From contig NC_092677.1 in the NCBI RefSeq assembly GCF_964355755.1, positions 13,662,101-13,726,100 of the forward strand: DNA of 64,000 nt, read 5' to 3'. The notes under the pieces were generated by a model that did not search any database, was not told the DNA's origin, and saw only the letters and a program-made list of their open reading frames with translations. This stretch comes from Antedon mediterranea. Lineage: Eukaryota; Animalia; Echinodermata. The position numbers and the translations under genes are program-made. Each line of letters starts with the position of its first letter. Within the stretch, counting starts at the first letter, position 1. Shown here in pieces: positions 52,801 to 64,000 of the stretch.

Positions 52801-53430
52801 TAAATCATCTATTTCTTTTCATAGACTCTTGTTGGCATGTAAAGCAGTCTATTGACAGAAATGACTCAATTCTTGTCATAAGTCTTTCATATTTAATTTC
52901 AATAATGTTTTTTGCATATACGGCATATTGTTCTTGTTTTTCACTTCCAGAATTTATCAATTTTTATTCATTAAATGTTAAGCCAATATCACCAGTTTTT
53001 GTTAATCTTGTATCAATATATTGAATTGATCTCTATTTATCTCCATCAGCCATCTGCACATTTTCTTTTACTCTTTTTAAAATCAAAGTTCGCACATTCC
53101 ATGTGCCTATTTTCAAGTGGGGCATTGGCTGATTGGCAACCGGTCCATCCAAATTACTAACCATTCTGGACACATGACTTCCAATATTTTAACATTTTCT
53201 TGGAACCTGTTATCAGTGGTTTCTTTATTTGTATTATTCAAAGGAAAAACTTACAGTGAGGTGCAGGAAGTTCCTATTGCCTTCCTCACTGATAGCTAGC
53301 TACTGCCGATCAGGTTATCCCTTTTTAGCCATTTCTAGCCCAGGCTACCATGCTCTTTTGAGTTGTTCCAGCAACACATTTTCTTTCAGAGATTGTTGCC
53401 TTTGCTTTTTACACAACACCTCCCTCTATA
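49870..53430 (-). mobile_element. Scrambled, old RTE-like LINE fragments
   Basis: Minus-strand AVKNCHSYPGADVGSHHSLV (~52600-52660, APE C-terminus), RWKEYIE (~52440), RRNEDIFNEVG..HIMKMI (50055-50294). Internal duplications 50680-50905/51690-51942 and 50925-51130/52380-52555. Confidence 0.65.
52186..52277 (+). mobile_element. Short internally deleted HINE-like element
   Basis: GACTCTACAGCTCACTATGT(TGGT)n head joined to a CATGCGACT...GCCAT..ATGGCCTTGTT tail, similar to the tail at 63475-63504. Confidence 0.6.
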
Positions 53431-53949
53431 AATATTTTGGATTTTTTCCTAGGTATTTCTTGATAAAATGAATATGCTAATGTTTTACTGATTTTCATGA
53501 TAAATGTAATGTTCTTCTATGTAAATATATATATATTTAATATCCTCATAAATGACCTGTTGTTTTATAGATACTTATTTGGTTTTCTAAGGTTTGTTTT
53601 CCACCAAAAAATCTAAAGTTTTATTTTTATAAATATATTGAATGTTTTTCTAGTTAAATAAATATTTATCATTTCCTTTTTTCCGTCAAAATACACAAAA
53701 TGCTTTATTGTACACACTTTATAATGGTTACATATGTTAAATGTTGTCCTAGCTATTTTGATAAATATATGGTAATATTCTGGGGATAAGTATTGACTGT
53801 TTGTCTAGGTTTAGATACAATTATGCTAATGTTTTATAAATATAATATTGATTTTCTTTTCTAGGTTTTTCTTTCCAAAAATATGCCAATGTTTACTCAT
53901 TTTGATAAATTATATGTTTTATATGCAGATACTGATTGTATTCTGTGGT

Positions 53950-54012
53950 TTTTTTTTTAGACAAGAGCGACTCTACAGCTCACTAAGTCAGTCAGTTGGT
54001 CGGTCGGTCTGT
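53950..54012 (+). mobile_element. HINE-like head immediately upstream of the 31-bp array
   Basis: TTTTAG...GCGACTCTACAGCTCACTA followed by GTCA/GTCG microsatellite. Confidence 0.55.
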
Positions 54013-54109
54013 TTTTTATATATTTATTGATGAATTATTCTACTTTTGTACTGTTTTCAATAGATTGTGTATAATTTCATATTTATTTAGGAATATATTT
54101 TTTTATAAT

Positions 54110-56230
54110 AAATATGTTTTTCTATGCATTAGTTGATATGATATATGTTTCCTTATGCATTAGTTGATATGATATATGTTTTTCTATGCATTAGTTGATA
54201 TGATATATGTTTTCCTATGCATTTCTTGATATGATATATGCTTTCTTATGCATTACTTGATATGATACATGTTTTCTTATGCATTAGTTGATATGATATA
54301 TGTTTTCCTATGCATTTCTTGATATGATATATGTTTTCCTATGCATTACTTGATATGATATATGTTTTCTTATGCATTAGTTGATATGATATATGTTTTC
54401 CTATGCATTACTTGATATGATACATGTTTTCTTATGCATTAGTTGATATGATACATGTTTTCTTATGCATTTCTTGATATGATATATGTTTTCTTATGCA
54501 TTTCTTGATATGATATATGTTTTCCTATGCATTACTTGATATGATACATGTTTTCTTATGCATTAGTTGATATGATACATGTTTTCTTATGCATTAGTTG
54601 ATATGATATATGTTTTCCTATGCATTACTTGATATGATACATGTTTTCTTATGCATTACTTGATATGATATATGTTTTCTTATGCATTTCTTGATATGAT
54701 ATATGTTTTCTTATGCATTTCTTGATATGATATATGTTTTCTTATGCATTTCTTGATATGATATATGTTTTCTTATGCATTACTTGATATGATATATGTT
54801 TTCCTATGCATTACTTGATATGATACATGTTTTCTTATGCATTAGTTGATATGATATATGTTTTCTTATGCATTTCTTGATATGATATATGTTTTCCTAT
54901 GCATTTCTTGATATGATATATGTTTTCCTATGCATTACTTGATATGATACATGTTTTCTTATGCATTAGTTGATATGATATATGTTTTCCTATGCATTAC
55001 TTGATATGATACATGTTTTCTTATGCATTACTTGATATGATATATGTTTTCTTATGCATTTCTTGATATGATATATGTTTTCTTATGCATTTCTTGATAT
55101 GATATATGTTTTCTTATGCATTTCTTGATATGATATATGTTTTCTTATGCATTTCTTGATATGATATATGTTTTCTTATGCATTTCTTGATATGATACAT
55201 GTTTTCTTATGCATTTCTTGATATGATACATGTTTTCCTATGCATTTCTTGATATGATATATGTTTTCTTATGCATTTCTTGATATGATATATGTTTTCT
55301 ATGCATTTCTTGATATGATATATGTTTTCTTATGCATTTCTTGATATGATATATGTTTTCTTATGCATTTCTTGATATGATATATGTTTTCTTATGCATT
55401 AGTTGATATGATATATGTTTTCTTATGCATTTCTTGATATGATATATGTTTTCTTATGCATTTCTTGATATGATATATGTTTTCTTATGCATTTCTTGAT
55501 ATGATATATGTTTTCTTATGCATTTCTTGATATGATATATGTTTTCTTATGCATTTCTGGATATGATATATGTTTTGTTATGCATTTCTTGATATGCTAT
55601 ATGTTTTCTTATGCATTTCTTGATATGATATATGTTTTCTTATGCATTAGTTGATATGATATATGTTTTCTTATGCATTTCTTGATATGATATATGTTTT
55701 CTTATGCATTTCTTGATATGATATATGTTTTCTTATGCATTTCTTGATATGATATATGTTTTCTTATGCATTTCTTGATATGATATATGTTTTCTTATGC
55801 ATTTCTTGATATGATATATGTTTTCTTATGCATTTCTTGATATGATATATGTTTTCTTATGCATTTCTTGATATGATATATGTTTTCTTATGCATTTCTT
55901 GATATGATATATGTTTTCTTATGCATTTCTTGATATGATATATGTTTTCTTATGCATTTCTTGATATGATATATGTTTTCTTATGCATTTCTTGATATGA
56001 TATTATGTTTTCTTATGCATTAGTTGATATGATATATGTTTTCTTATGCATTTCTTGATATGCTATATGTTTTCTTATGCATTTCTTGATATGATATATG
56101 TTTTGTTATGCATTTCTTGATATGATACATGTTTTCTTATGCATTTCTTGATATGATGTTTTCTTATGCATTTCTTGATATGATATGTTTTCTTATGCAT
56201 GTCTTTGTATGATACATTATGTTTTTCTAT
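54110..56230. repeat. 31-bp tandem repeat, about 68 copies
   Basis: Unit ATTTCTTGATATGATATATGTTTTCTTATGC with ATTAG/ATTAC variants. Confidence 0.97.
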
Positions 56231-57006
56231 GTTTTTTATTAACCAACACCAAGGAGCACCATTGCAAGTGCTACATGCCCTAGGTGCCCTCGCTGTGATC
56301 ATCAACCTTGACGTGGTAGCGAGGCTTGTGTGTTTCCAATTCGGAGACCAGACTAATGATGATCATAATCATTTTTCCATATCATGAGCAAACTATTAGA
56401 AGACTATTAGTTTATTTAAATTTAAAAGCATAGTTTCTTCATTAAACAAAAAAATAATATAGAGGAGTATCAATTAATTTCATTTATTAATTTAATCAAC
56501 ATTTATTTTTTTCAATCCACTAAAACAGATGAAAATAATTATTACAAATGATGAGTTTCTTTTGAAATAAAGAATTGAAGGAGGGCTTAATCCCTAAAAT
56601 ATAAATATTGAGTTGGGTAAGCCTGACAGAAAAAAAAACCAAACAAAAACAATATAATCGCAATCTGTTTAGATGTTGTCACTGTAGCTACTAATGGTAA
56701 AGCTTGGTTCCCACTAGCGAAGCAATGTAACGCAGCGACGCAACGTATTGAAATGCCCTTCCAATAATTTTGTTTGCCTCCGTCTGCGTGAAATCAAACC
56801 TGTTTGTTGCGCGTCAATGTTAGCATGCCATAGATTTTGAATTGGTTCACCCCACATACTTTTGAGTAAGCGCTGTACTATGTTTACTAGTGTTCTTTTG
56901 CCTTGCGTTGTTGCGTGAAATCAAACTGATTTGATTTCCTGTGGCGATGCAGCACTGTTACGTTGTCGGTTCCTACTTCTACTCCACGTTCTACTGGGTC
57001 CCAGTA

Positions 57007-59022
57007 CAGTGTGGCCAGCAATAGAAATAAAATTATGCTAGGTGGCAGCACAAAGTTATGCCAGATTATGCTATTGCTAGGCACAATTAAGGTCAAAATA
57101 GCACAAAAACAATGTATCTAAGGGCAGTGTATGTTTGTGTTTATGTACCACAAAAGTGAGAAGCAAAAAAAAAAAAAAATCAGGTTTTCGGCAAAATTAT
57201 TTTAGATTAAGTAAAAATTATGCTAGTTTAAAAAAAAAATATGCTAGATAATAGGCTAAATCGTGGCAAATATGCTGTAGAATTTTCAAATTATTCCAGA
57301 TTATGCTAGATTTTCTAAAATTATGCCTAGCATAAATGCTAGATGCAGTGGTGGCGCCAGCGGGGGGGGGGGGGGGGGGCTACGGGGGCTCTAGCCCCCT
57401 CGTCGGGGAGCCTAGCCCCCCGTCGGGGGAACACGGGTACTTTTTGTCGGGGAATATAATATACAGTAAAAAACGTTCGCGTTCACTTCATATAGCTTCA
57501 GCGCCTAGAAAACCACGACGTTCCATTGACCGTGAGAGAGTACGTCAGAGGGCTATTATGCACTTTTATGCATTCATTTATTGCCAGCGATCTAATTTAC
57601 TACTAAACATTAGCTAGGTACGCACTTGTCTGGCGGTATCCCTTTGTACGAATCGTTCAACGTTGGGTCGAGACGCGTGATATCAAGTTCCATCCAGGGA
57701 CCAAAATGTGTAATGTAGTTATTTCCCAGGCGAAGTTTACCGACGGTTACCGAAGGAAACACGGGTACTTTTTGTCGGGGAATATAATATACAGTAAAAA
57801 GCGTTCGCGTTCACTTCGTAGCTAGCTTCAGCGCCTAGAAAACCGCGACGTTTCATTGACCGTGAGAGAGTACGTCAGAGTGATATTATGCACTTTATAT
57901 GCACTCATTATTGCCAGCGATCTAACTTACTACTAAACAATAGCTAGGTTCGCACTTGTCTGGCGGTATCCCTTTGTACGAATCGTTCAACGTTGGGTTG
58001 AGACGCGTGATATCATGTTCCATCCAGGGACCAAAATGTATACTGTAGTTATTTTCCAGGCGAAGTTTACTGACGGTTACGTCGTACTACAGCAAAAACG
58101 AATTATGTTAATTGTTCGTATGTTCACCAATTTTTTTAATTTACAAGTAACATTCTGTACCGTGGGGCACCTAAAATAAATTTTTCATCCATTACTAAAC
58201 AAAAAAACATGCCATTTTCGCTTAGCCAACATCTTATTATATAGCTAAGTTATTACATTTTCAATGTCCTGTATGTCATGAATTTCTCACCACTCGGAAG
58301 TCCAGATGGTACGCACGCATACACTTGGGAGGAATAAACTTATTTCCCCGACTGAAAAAGGTCTACGCTTGCGTTTTTTAAGCCTCTAGGCCTGATGTTT
58401 CCGAAGTATAAAATGCAATTTTTTGAAGACCTGCAGCTCTAGTTTTAAACAGTTTCTTAGCTCAGCCCCAACAATAAAGCTGGTCATATTTCGAAGTACA
58501 AAAAGTGCATTTTCCGGGACCTAACATCTCTATTTTTCAAACATTTCTTAGCTCAGTCACAACCTTGATAGGGACTTATATATTTTGTTTCATGTTTTGA
58601 AGTATAATAAGTCCAATTTCCGGGACCTCCAACTCTATTTTTCTAAATTTTCTTTGAACTTTTATTTTTTAAATTGAAAAATATAGATTGAAACACTCAT
58701 CGCGCATCGTTTTTTTGCACGCAGTATTTTATTTATGCATTATAAAAAATGGAAAAAATGGCTACCCTAAATCTGATTAAAATGACCTCAAATGACGCTA
58801 GAACGCGTTGCTTCCGGGGGCTTCGCCCCCTGGACCCCCACCGGGGGCCCTTGGCGGCCCCCTGTCCCCCAGCCTAGTGATGCTCGCTTCGCTCGCATAG
58901 CCCCCTCGTCGGGGAATGTAGCCCCCGCGTCGGGAAGATCCTGGCGCCACCCCTGGCTAGATGCCAGATGGGTCAAAATAATTATGCCAGATAGCATAAT
59001 CATGCCAGATTTGGCCACTACA
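57007..59022. mobile_element. Outer degenerate MITE rich in ATTATGC(T/C)AG motifs, interrupted by a hAT element
   Basis: GTGGCCA (57011) / TGGCCAC (59011) ends. ATTATGC repeats on both sides of the inner insertion. Confidence 0.5.
57346..58955. mobile_element. Non-autonomous hAT element with 8-bp TSD
   Basis: TIRs CAGTGGTGGCGCCAG / CTGGCGCCACCCCTG (14/15 match), TSD GCTAGATG (57338-57345, 58956-58963), internal 328-bp tandem duplication (57431 vs 57759). Confidence 0.9.
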
Positions 59023-59603
59023 GGTAAGTTCTGTAGAGTTAGTAATAATGGGGATGCGAAAATATTGTTGAATTGGAGATTTCACCTAAACTGCCAATTT
59101 GACAATAATTGGACCTTAATGGCCTCCCTCAATTATTTAGGCTATCCTTCAACAGCAATTACATTTTTAATCATTAATCATTTTTTTTATATTTTTCTAG
59201 TACGACGATATGCAAAGTTGAATTACACAACAGATGTCATCAAGTGAGCAGTATATGTCATACTCCCTGCCAAAATAAAATATCATTATTTTATGTACAA
59301 GGTACTCGAAATCTATAATGTAGGCTACTCGCAGAACCATCAACGTACATGCCTCTTTCTTTTGTCTTTCTTTCTTCACACGATAATAATAAACAACACA
59401 TTGTGCGACATTCACTTTAATATATTTTTTATTTTATATAATGTTCCGATCTTTGTTTATGTTATTGTTGCTTATTTGAATGTATTATTATATAGTTTAT
59501 TATGTTTAGATTCGACCTGTTAGTGGCGGTTTCATCGCTGGCAGTTGTCAACTGAAAAAAAAAAACTGACGTGGAGCAAGACAAAGCTCTCATTGGCATT
59601 CTA

Positions 59604-61140
59604 CTATTGACTCGCCAATTTGTCTATTTCCGACTTCAAATTGTCTTTAGTCGATGCTGAGCCAGCGCGCGCGTTTAAAATTGGGGCTAGTCTTCTCACA
59701 TCACCATAAGCCGCTTCCGTCGCTATTTTGACATCAACAGGTACATTCTCAGGAACCCTAAAAAGAAATGAACTATGTTTTTAGTAAAAAATGTGTGACA
59801 ATTATAAAATATTATCAAGATCAAAAAGAGTTTTGTCTGCATAATATTTCACATAAACTCTCTCACCAATGTAAAATATTTCAATAATGATAGCACATTT
59901 GTACAGTAGGCCTACTATGAATTTACATGCTTTAGCAGTGCTAATACATTCAAGATCAAACTTACCATTTTACAAGAACGTAAATACTGGGACGATCAGT
60001 TCTCAATACATCGTATATAATATAACACGCATCTACGGTCTCTTCTAAATACTTCAGCAAATCTTCATAATTCTGCTGTCTTCGACCTGCCTGATTATCT
60101 ACTTTTCTTCTAATGAGCACTTCACTTTTATTAGATGATACTCCCAAAATCATATATGCGTATGATGCTCTAAGCATGCAGTCATTCACTTCCGCTTTGA
60201 CGGAATCGCTTATGGTACATGGCATCTGTAGTGATAAATAGGAATTTGTTATTCTGTATATCTTTAATTAACATTTTGGTTGAAAATAGATAGATTTGAT
60301 CCTTATGCATTTGCAAGAAGTGATCATAAAAGACGTTGAAAACATCTTTTTATCCCTATTTTGTGTTTTACTCACAGAACCATCAACGTACATGCCTCTT
60401 TATTTTTGTCTTTCTTTCTTCACACGATAATAAACAACACATTGTGATCACTTCAATATATTTTTTTTATTATACATGTTGGTTTACATACACTTTCGCA
60501 TACAAAAAGGAGTTTTTTAGTAACTAGTAAGGACTACAACTTCAATATTCTTGGTGAGGTGACATTACTCTTTTCCTTAATATCTGTTTTTAATTGTGGT
60601 AAGTACTAACTAAATACATTATGAAGCCGATTCTTTGCTTACAACATGTACAGCAGTATGAATTTTTAATAAATGTTTGACCGACTCTTTGCCAATACAT
60701 TTCACACCAGGCCTAATAACAATTATATACAATGGTCCTGATTCAAAATGCATAAGGCTTAAATTAATCTGAATTTTAAACGAATTGGAAGCGTATAAGG
60801 GAGTATCAATTAAACCTAATTCTAATGAAAAGTTACATAAAAACCAACCTACCAAAAACTGTCCTCCACGTTCAAAACAATAATTAATTTGATGTTTTGC
60901 CCTACTCCTTTATACTAAGTACATTTGAGAATACTTGCGAAAAAATTCGCAAGTAGTTCTCGGGTGGGACTCGAACCCACGACCTCCAGATCACTAGCCT
61001 GGCGTTCATACCTCTAGAAAAACTACAATTACAATAATTAATTTCTTTCTTTATAAGTTTCACTTAATAATCGAAAAGGTATAATTGATTAAAAACAAAA
61101 AAAACTTGTTATAAAATGTATGAAATCTTACCATAGACAT
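59604..61140 (-). CDS. Divergent ADF/cofilin (depactin-like) protein, 140 aa, 3 coding exons
   Basis: Exons 61140-61132 (ATG TCT ATG|GTAAG), 60225-59966, 59757-59604, all GT-AG and in phase. CTISDSV, YMILGV, YEDLL..L, CYIIYD, VLVKWVPENVPVDVKI match the ADF-H pattern C-Y-xx-YD ... W-x-P-D-x-A-x-V-K-x-K-M. Size and tiny first coding exon are typical of the family. Confidence 0.8.
60927..61017 (-). mobile_element. tRNA-derived SINE in intron 1 of the ADF-like gene
   Basis: Reverse complement CTAGAGGTATGAACGCCAGGCTAGTGATCTGGAGGTCGTGGGTTCGAGTCCCAC (partial A box, B box), then a perfect hairpin TACTTGCGAA-TTTT-TTCGCAAGTA. Confidence 0.75.
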
Positions 61141-61780
61141 TTTGGATCCTGTTGTATCAGAGATATTATAACAAACACTCTAGTCAACTAACGTTTCACG
61201 AATATTGCAACATTATGGAATTATTTTACTCTGAACACAACGTTTTATAATAATGATATACCAGTAAATTTACATTCAAAACTTTGGAGTGGCTCTTATC
61301 GGCCAATTTTAATAAATATAATACTTTTTATAGGCCAATACTTGTAAATATTATACATATTATTATTATCTCCTTATAACATTTCTCAGAGGGAATTAAA
61401 CAGATTTTTCTCTCAGGACTCATGAGGACGTTAATGGTATATGTTGCTCACCCGAACAAGCCAAAATGCAAAATAATAGTTACTAGCTATAGGTAGTTAA
61501 AATGTAAATACGACAACCATCCTTGTACGGATTAATAAACATGTCTCTTCAACACTAGTTATCGAGATACAACAAAATCATCTTCTCTAGGATTACTACT
61601 TACCGAGCCTGATATAAGAACAATATGTCAAAGTTCAAATTACACAAAATGTTAGTTATAAATTTGTTTTCGTACTTACATATCCATGTAATATAACACG
61701 TTATATTACAGTACTCGTTAGGGCAATATAACGTGTTCGTAGTAGGTCATACCATTTCGACCAATCACGTTCTCGTACTT

Positions 61781-62477
61781 TTTTTTTATTTATTTCATCA
61801 TCACCCTACAGTGACCAAACGTTACCATTAACAGGGTTGAAAGTCGTAAAATATAACATATTATATACAAGCAAAAATCAACAGATAACAAGACAACATT
61901 TAAATATTACTGACATTAGACAAAACCTTGTGACGGAAGCAAGCAAGGGAATCAAAAAAAATATCAACAGATCCATCAATTTTACATAGTGAGTGGTATA
62001 ACTTAGGCAAACGATTAACAAAACCATTTTTAGTAATATTTACCCTCCCTCTTGATATAGAAAATAAAGCAGGATTACGAAATTGATATTGTGGAACAGA
62101 AATAGGAAAGCACACTTTAAAATTACCATGGAAAATTGAGTTCACAGCCTTAAAAAGAAAAATTAATTCAAATAACTTACGCCTACCCGCTAAATTAATA
62201 AGAACGTCTTTGCTAATAGAACCAAATTTACGCACATAAAATCGACAAAACTTGTTCTGTACACTTTGTAATCTAGAAGACTGGGCAAGAGAAATACAGT
62301 TAAAAATAACACTGCAGAATTCAAGATTCGACCTAACTAAAGATTTGTATAAAATAACTAACGCCTTTTTATCGTTAATATGTCTGCAATGTCTCCAAAG
62401 AAAACCCAAAAGTCTATTGCATTTAGAGACTATAAAATCAATATGTTTACAGAAGGTTAATGAACTATCTAAAAAAA
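61781..62477 (-). mobile_element. 5'-truncated LINE related to the 5284-8755 element
   Basis: KCNRLLGFLWRH...LYKSLVRSNLEFCSVIFNCIS versus KCNKLLGLMWRN...LYITLIQPNLDFCSVIYNSIS. Poly(A)/AATA tail at 61781-61795 and candidate TSD TACTT (61776-61780, 62478-62482). Confidence 0.88.
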
Positions 62478-62701
62478 TACTTACATAGACTATTATGTAA
62501 TTTAATGCAATATATATTGTAAGTGTATCAGTAAAAGAGACATAACTATGGATGGCTTGAGGGGTAATGAGTTAAAGAGAAGGGTCACCTTTAGACGTTC
62601 TAAAAGTGTTTGAGGGAAGATGACGACTTCGTACTAAACTTTCATTCAAAAAACAGTTTTGAATAAAACACCTTGTGGTGCCCTTCAATTGTACATTGAC
62701 A

Positions 62702-63504
62702 TTTTTAGTCGCGTGGAAGCGACTCTATAGTTCACTATGTCGGTCGGTCGGTCTTTCTGTCTGTCTGTCGGTCGGTCCGGTATCACTATGTGTTTTATCG
62801 CTTTCTGACCTTATCTTGATATCAGTTTAATCTAGCTAGGTCAATTTTTCACAGTATATTCCTTATGGCCAGGAATCAATGTGGTAATGTTTTCACGGTG
62901 CGCAATAAAAAATTACGCGGTCTACGCACGATTTAACGAAATCACGTTTGTAATCATATCTTCACAACCATGAATCACAATAAAATAAAATTTGGTACTC
63001 ATAAATTTCAGGGCATAAATCATCATATGGCAATACAATTACGTGCGTAGCGCATGTAACGCATGCGTACGCACGCTTAAAATTTTCAAAATTTATTTTC
63101 GATGAAATAAGAGTACATTTCAGGCAATTTTAAGCGTTTACAAAATTGCCATGAGTGCGCATATTTTTGCGCGCGCACTGCGCGTTAAATGTTATTACGC
63201 ACTCTTTTTTCCCGATTTCTGTTTTCTTGACTTACTTTTCAACTCGAAATTACGTTATACAAGCACGTCGAAAGTGACAGGCTACGCACGTGTAAATTAA
63301 AAAAATATAAATGTTTTTAAACATTTCAACATTTTTAAACATGTTCAGTAATTTCGGTCAGTATAGTTCACTATGTCGGTCGGTCTGTCTGTCTGTTGGT
63401 CTGTTGGTCTGTCTGTCGGTCTGTCTGTCGGTCTATCGGTCTGTATGTCGGTCCGGTATCACTATGCATTGTAGCACGCGACTTAATGGCTGTTGGCCTT
63501 GTTT
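62702..63504 (+). mobile_element. Complete Helentron-associated non-autonomous element (HINE/DINE-1-like)
   Basis: T-run insertion site, subterminal inverted repeats AGTCGCGTG (62707-62715) / CACGCGACT (63475-63483), GTCY/GTCG microsatellites, short 3' hairpin then TTGTTT. Head block repeated at 63362-63465. Confidence 0.75.
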
Positions 63505-64000
63505 AATTATTAATTTTATAAGTAAAATTTACCTAAACTGCCGATAGGCCTACAACGATAAATTGTTTTTTGTTTATAAGCAAAGTTGAGTCTGAGGACA
63601 GGTATATTAAGGTATTTTAAACAGTAGGATATTTATTGATTGATTAAAGTATATTTTCTTTATTTTTCTTTCTTTTTTTGTGTTCTTTCTTTCTTTCTCT
63701 CTAATTGAGCAATACGTACTTCTTAATTTTGTACTGGGCCAGACCCATAAAAATCATTTCTTATATTGAAGCTATAATTTCTACAATTAAAATTAAATAA
63801 TAACGCGGAGAGAGGGAAACCCTGTCTTGCCATTCATTTGAAAACTTCGGACAAATTAAATCCATCCATTATTTACAATTGCCATTTTCAATCCCAGGGT
63901 TGGAACTCGCGACTCTTTCATCTCCGCTTCCTAAGCCTCAAAGACTTAGTTTAACGCGCACGAAGCATAATAAATTATAAAATAGTTTATCCATCCTTAA

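Noticed and set aside
56075-56305. ORF with repeated HIKKCIRK
   Set aside because: It is a translation of the 31-bp repeat, whose length is not a multiple of 3.
58788-59247. GC-rich ORFs on both strands
   Set aside because: They arise from the GC-rich transposon end and cross its boundary.
60960-61017. Functional tRNA gene
   Set aside because: The 5' acceptor strand is missing, and the shared downstream hairpin with the 11497 copy indicates a SINE.

Overview
AT-rich, intron-containing animal genomic DNA, probably a marine invertebrate such as an echinoderm (inferred from gene and transposon content). Host genes: two tandem intronless class A GPCRs (9065-9952 decaying, 12397-13320 intact) plus a third fragment; a 5-coding-exon minus-strand gene (22636->19392) joining an hnRNP C/RALY-type RRM to a BCL11-ZF1-like C2H2 finger; an intronless sulfotransferase-like ORF (33125->32295); and a 3-exon divergent ADF/cofilin-like gene (61140->59604). 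Mobile DNA: an intact APE-RT LINE ORF with a virus-like 2A motif (5284-8755), truncated LINEs, hAT derivatives with 5-bp and 8-bp TSDs, Ginger-like and PIF/Harbinger-like MITEs, Helentron-associated elements and tRNA-derived SINEs. There are two large tandem arrays (~62-64 bp unit, 8.6 kb, with higher-order structure; 31 bp unit, 2.1 kb). The most notable signals are the RRM + BCL11-type zinc-finger architecture and the 2A-containing retrotransposon ORF. All alignments were made by eye and family assignments come from recalled motifs, not database searches.
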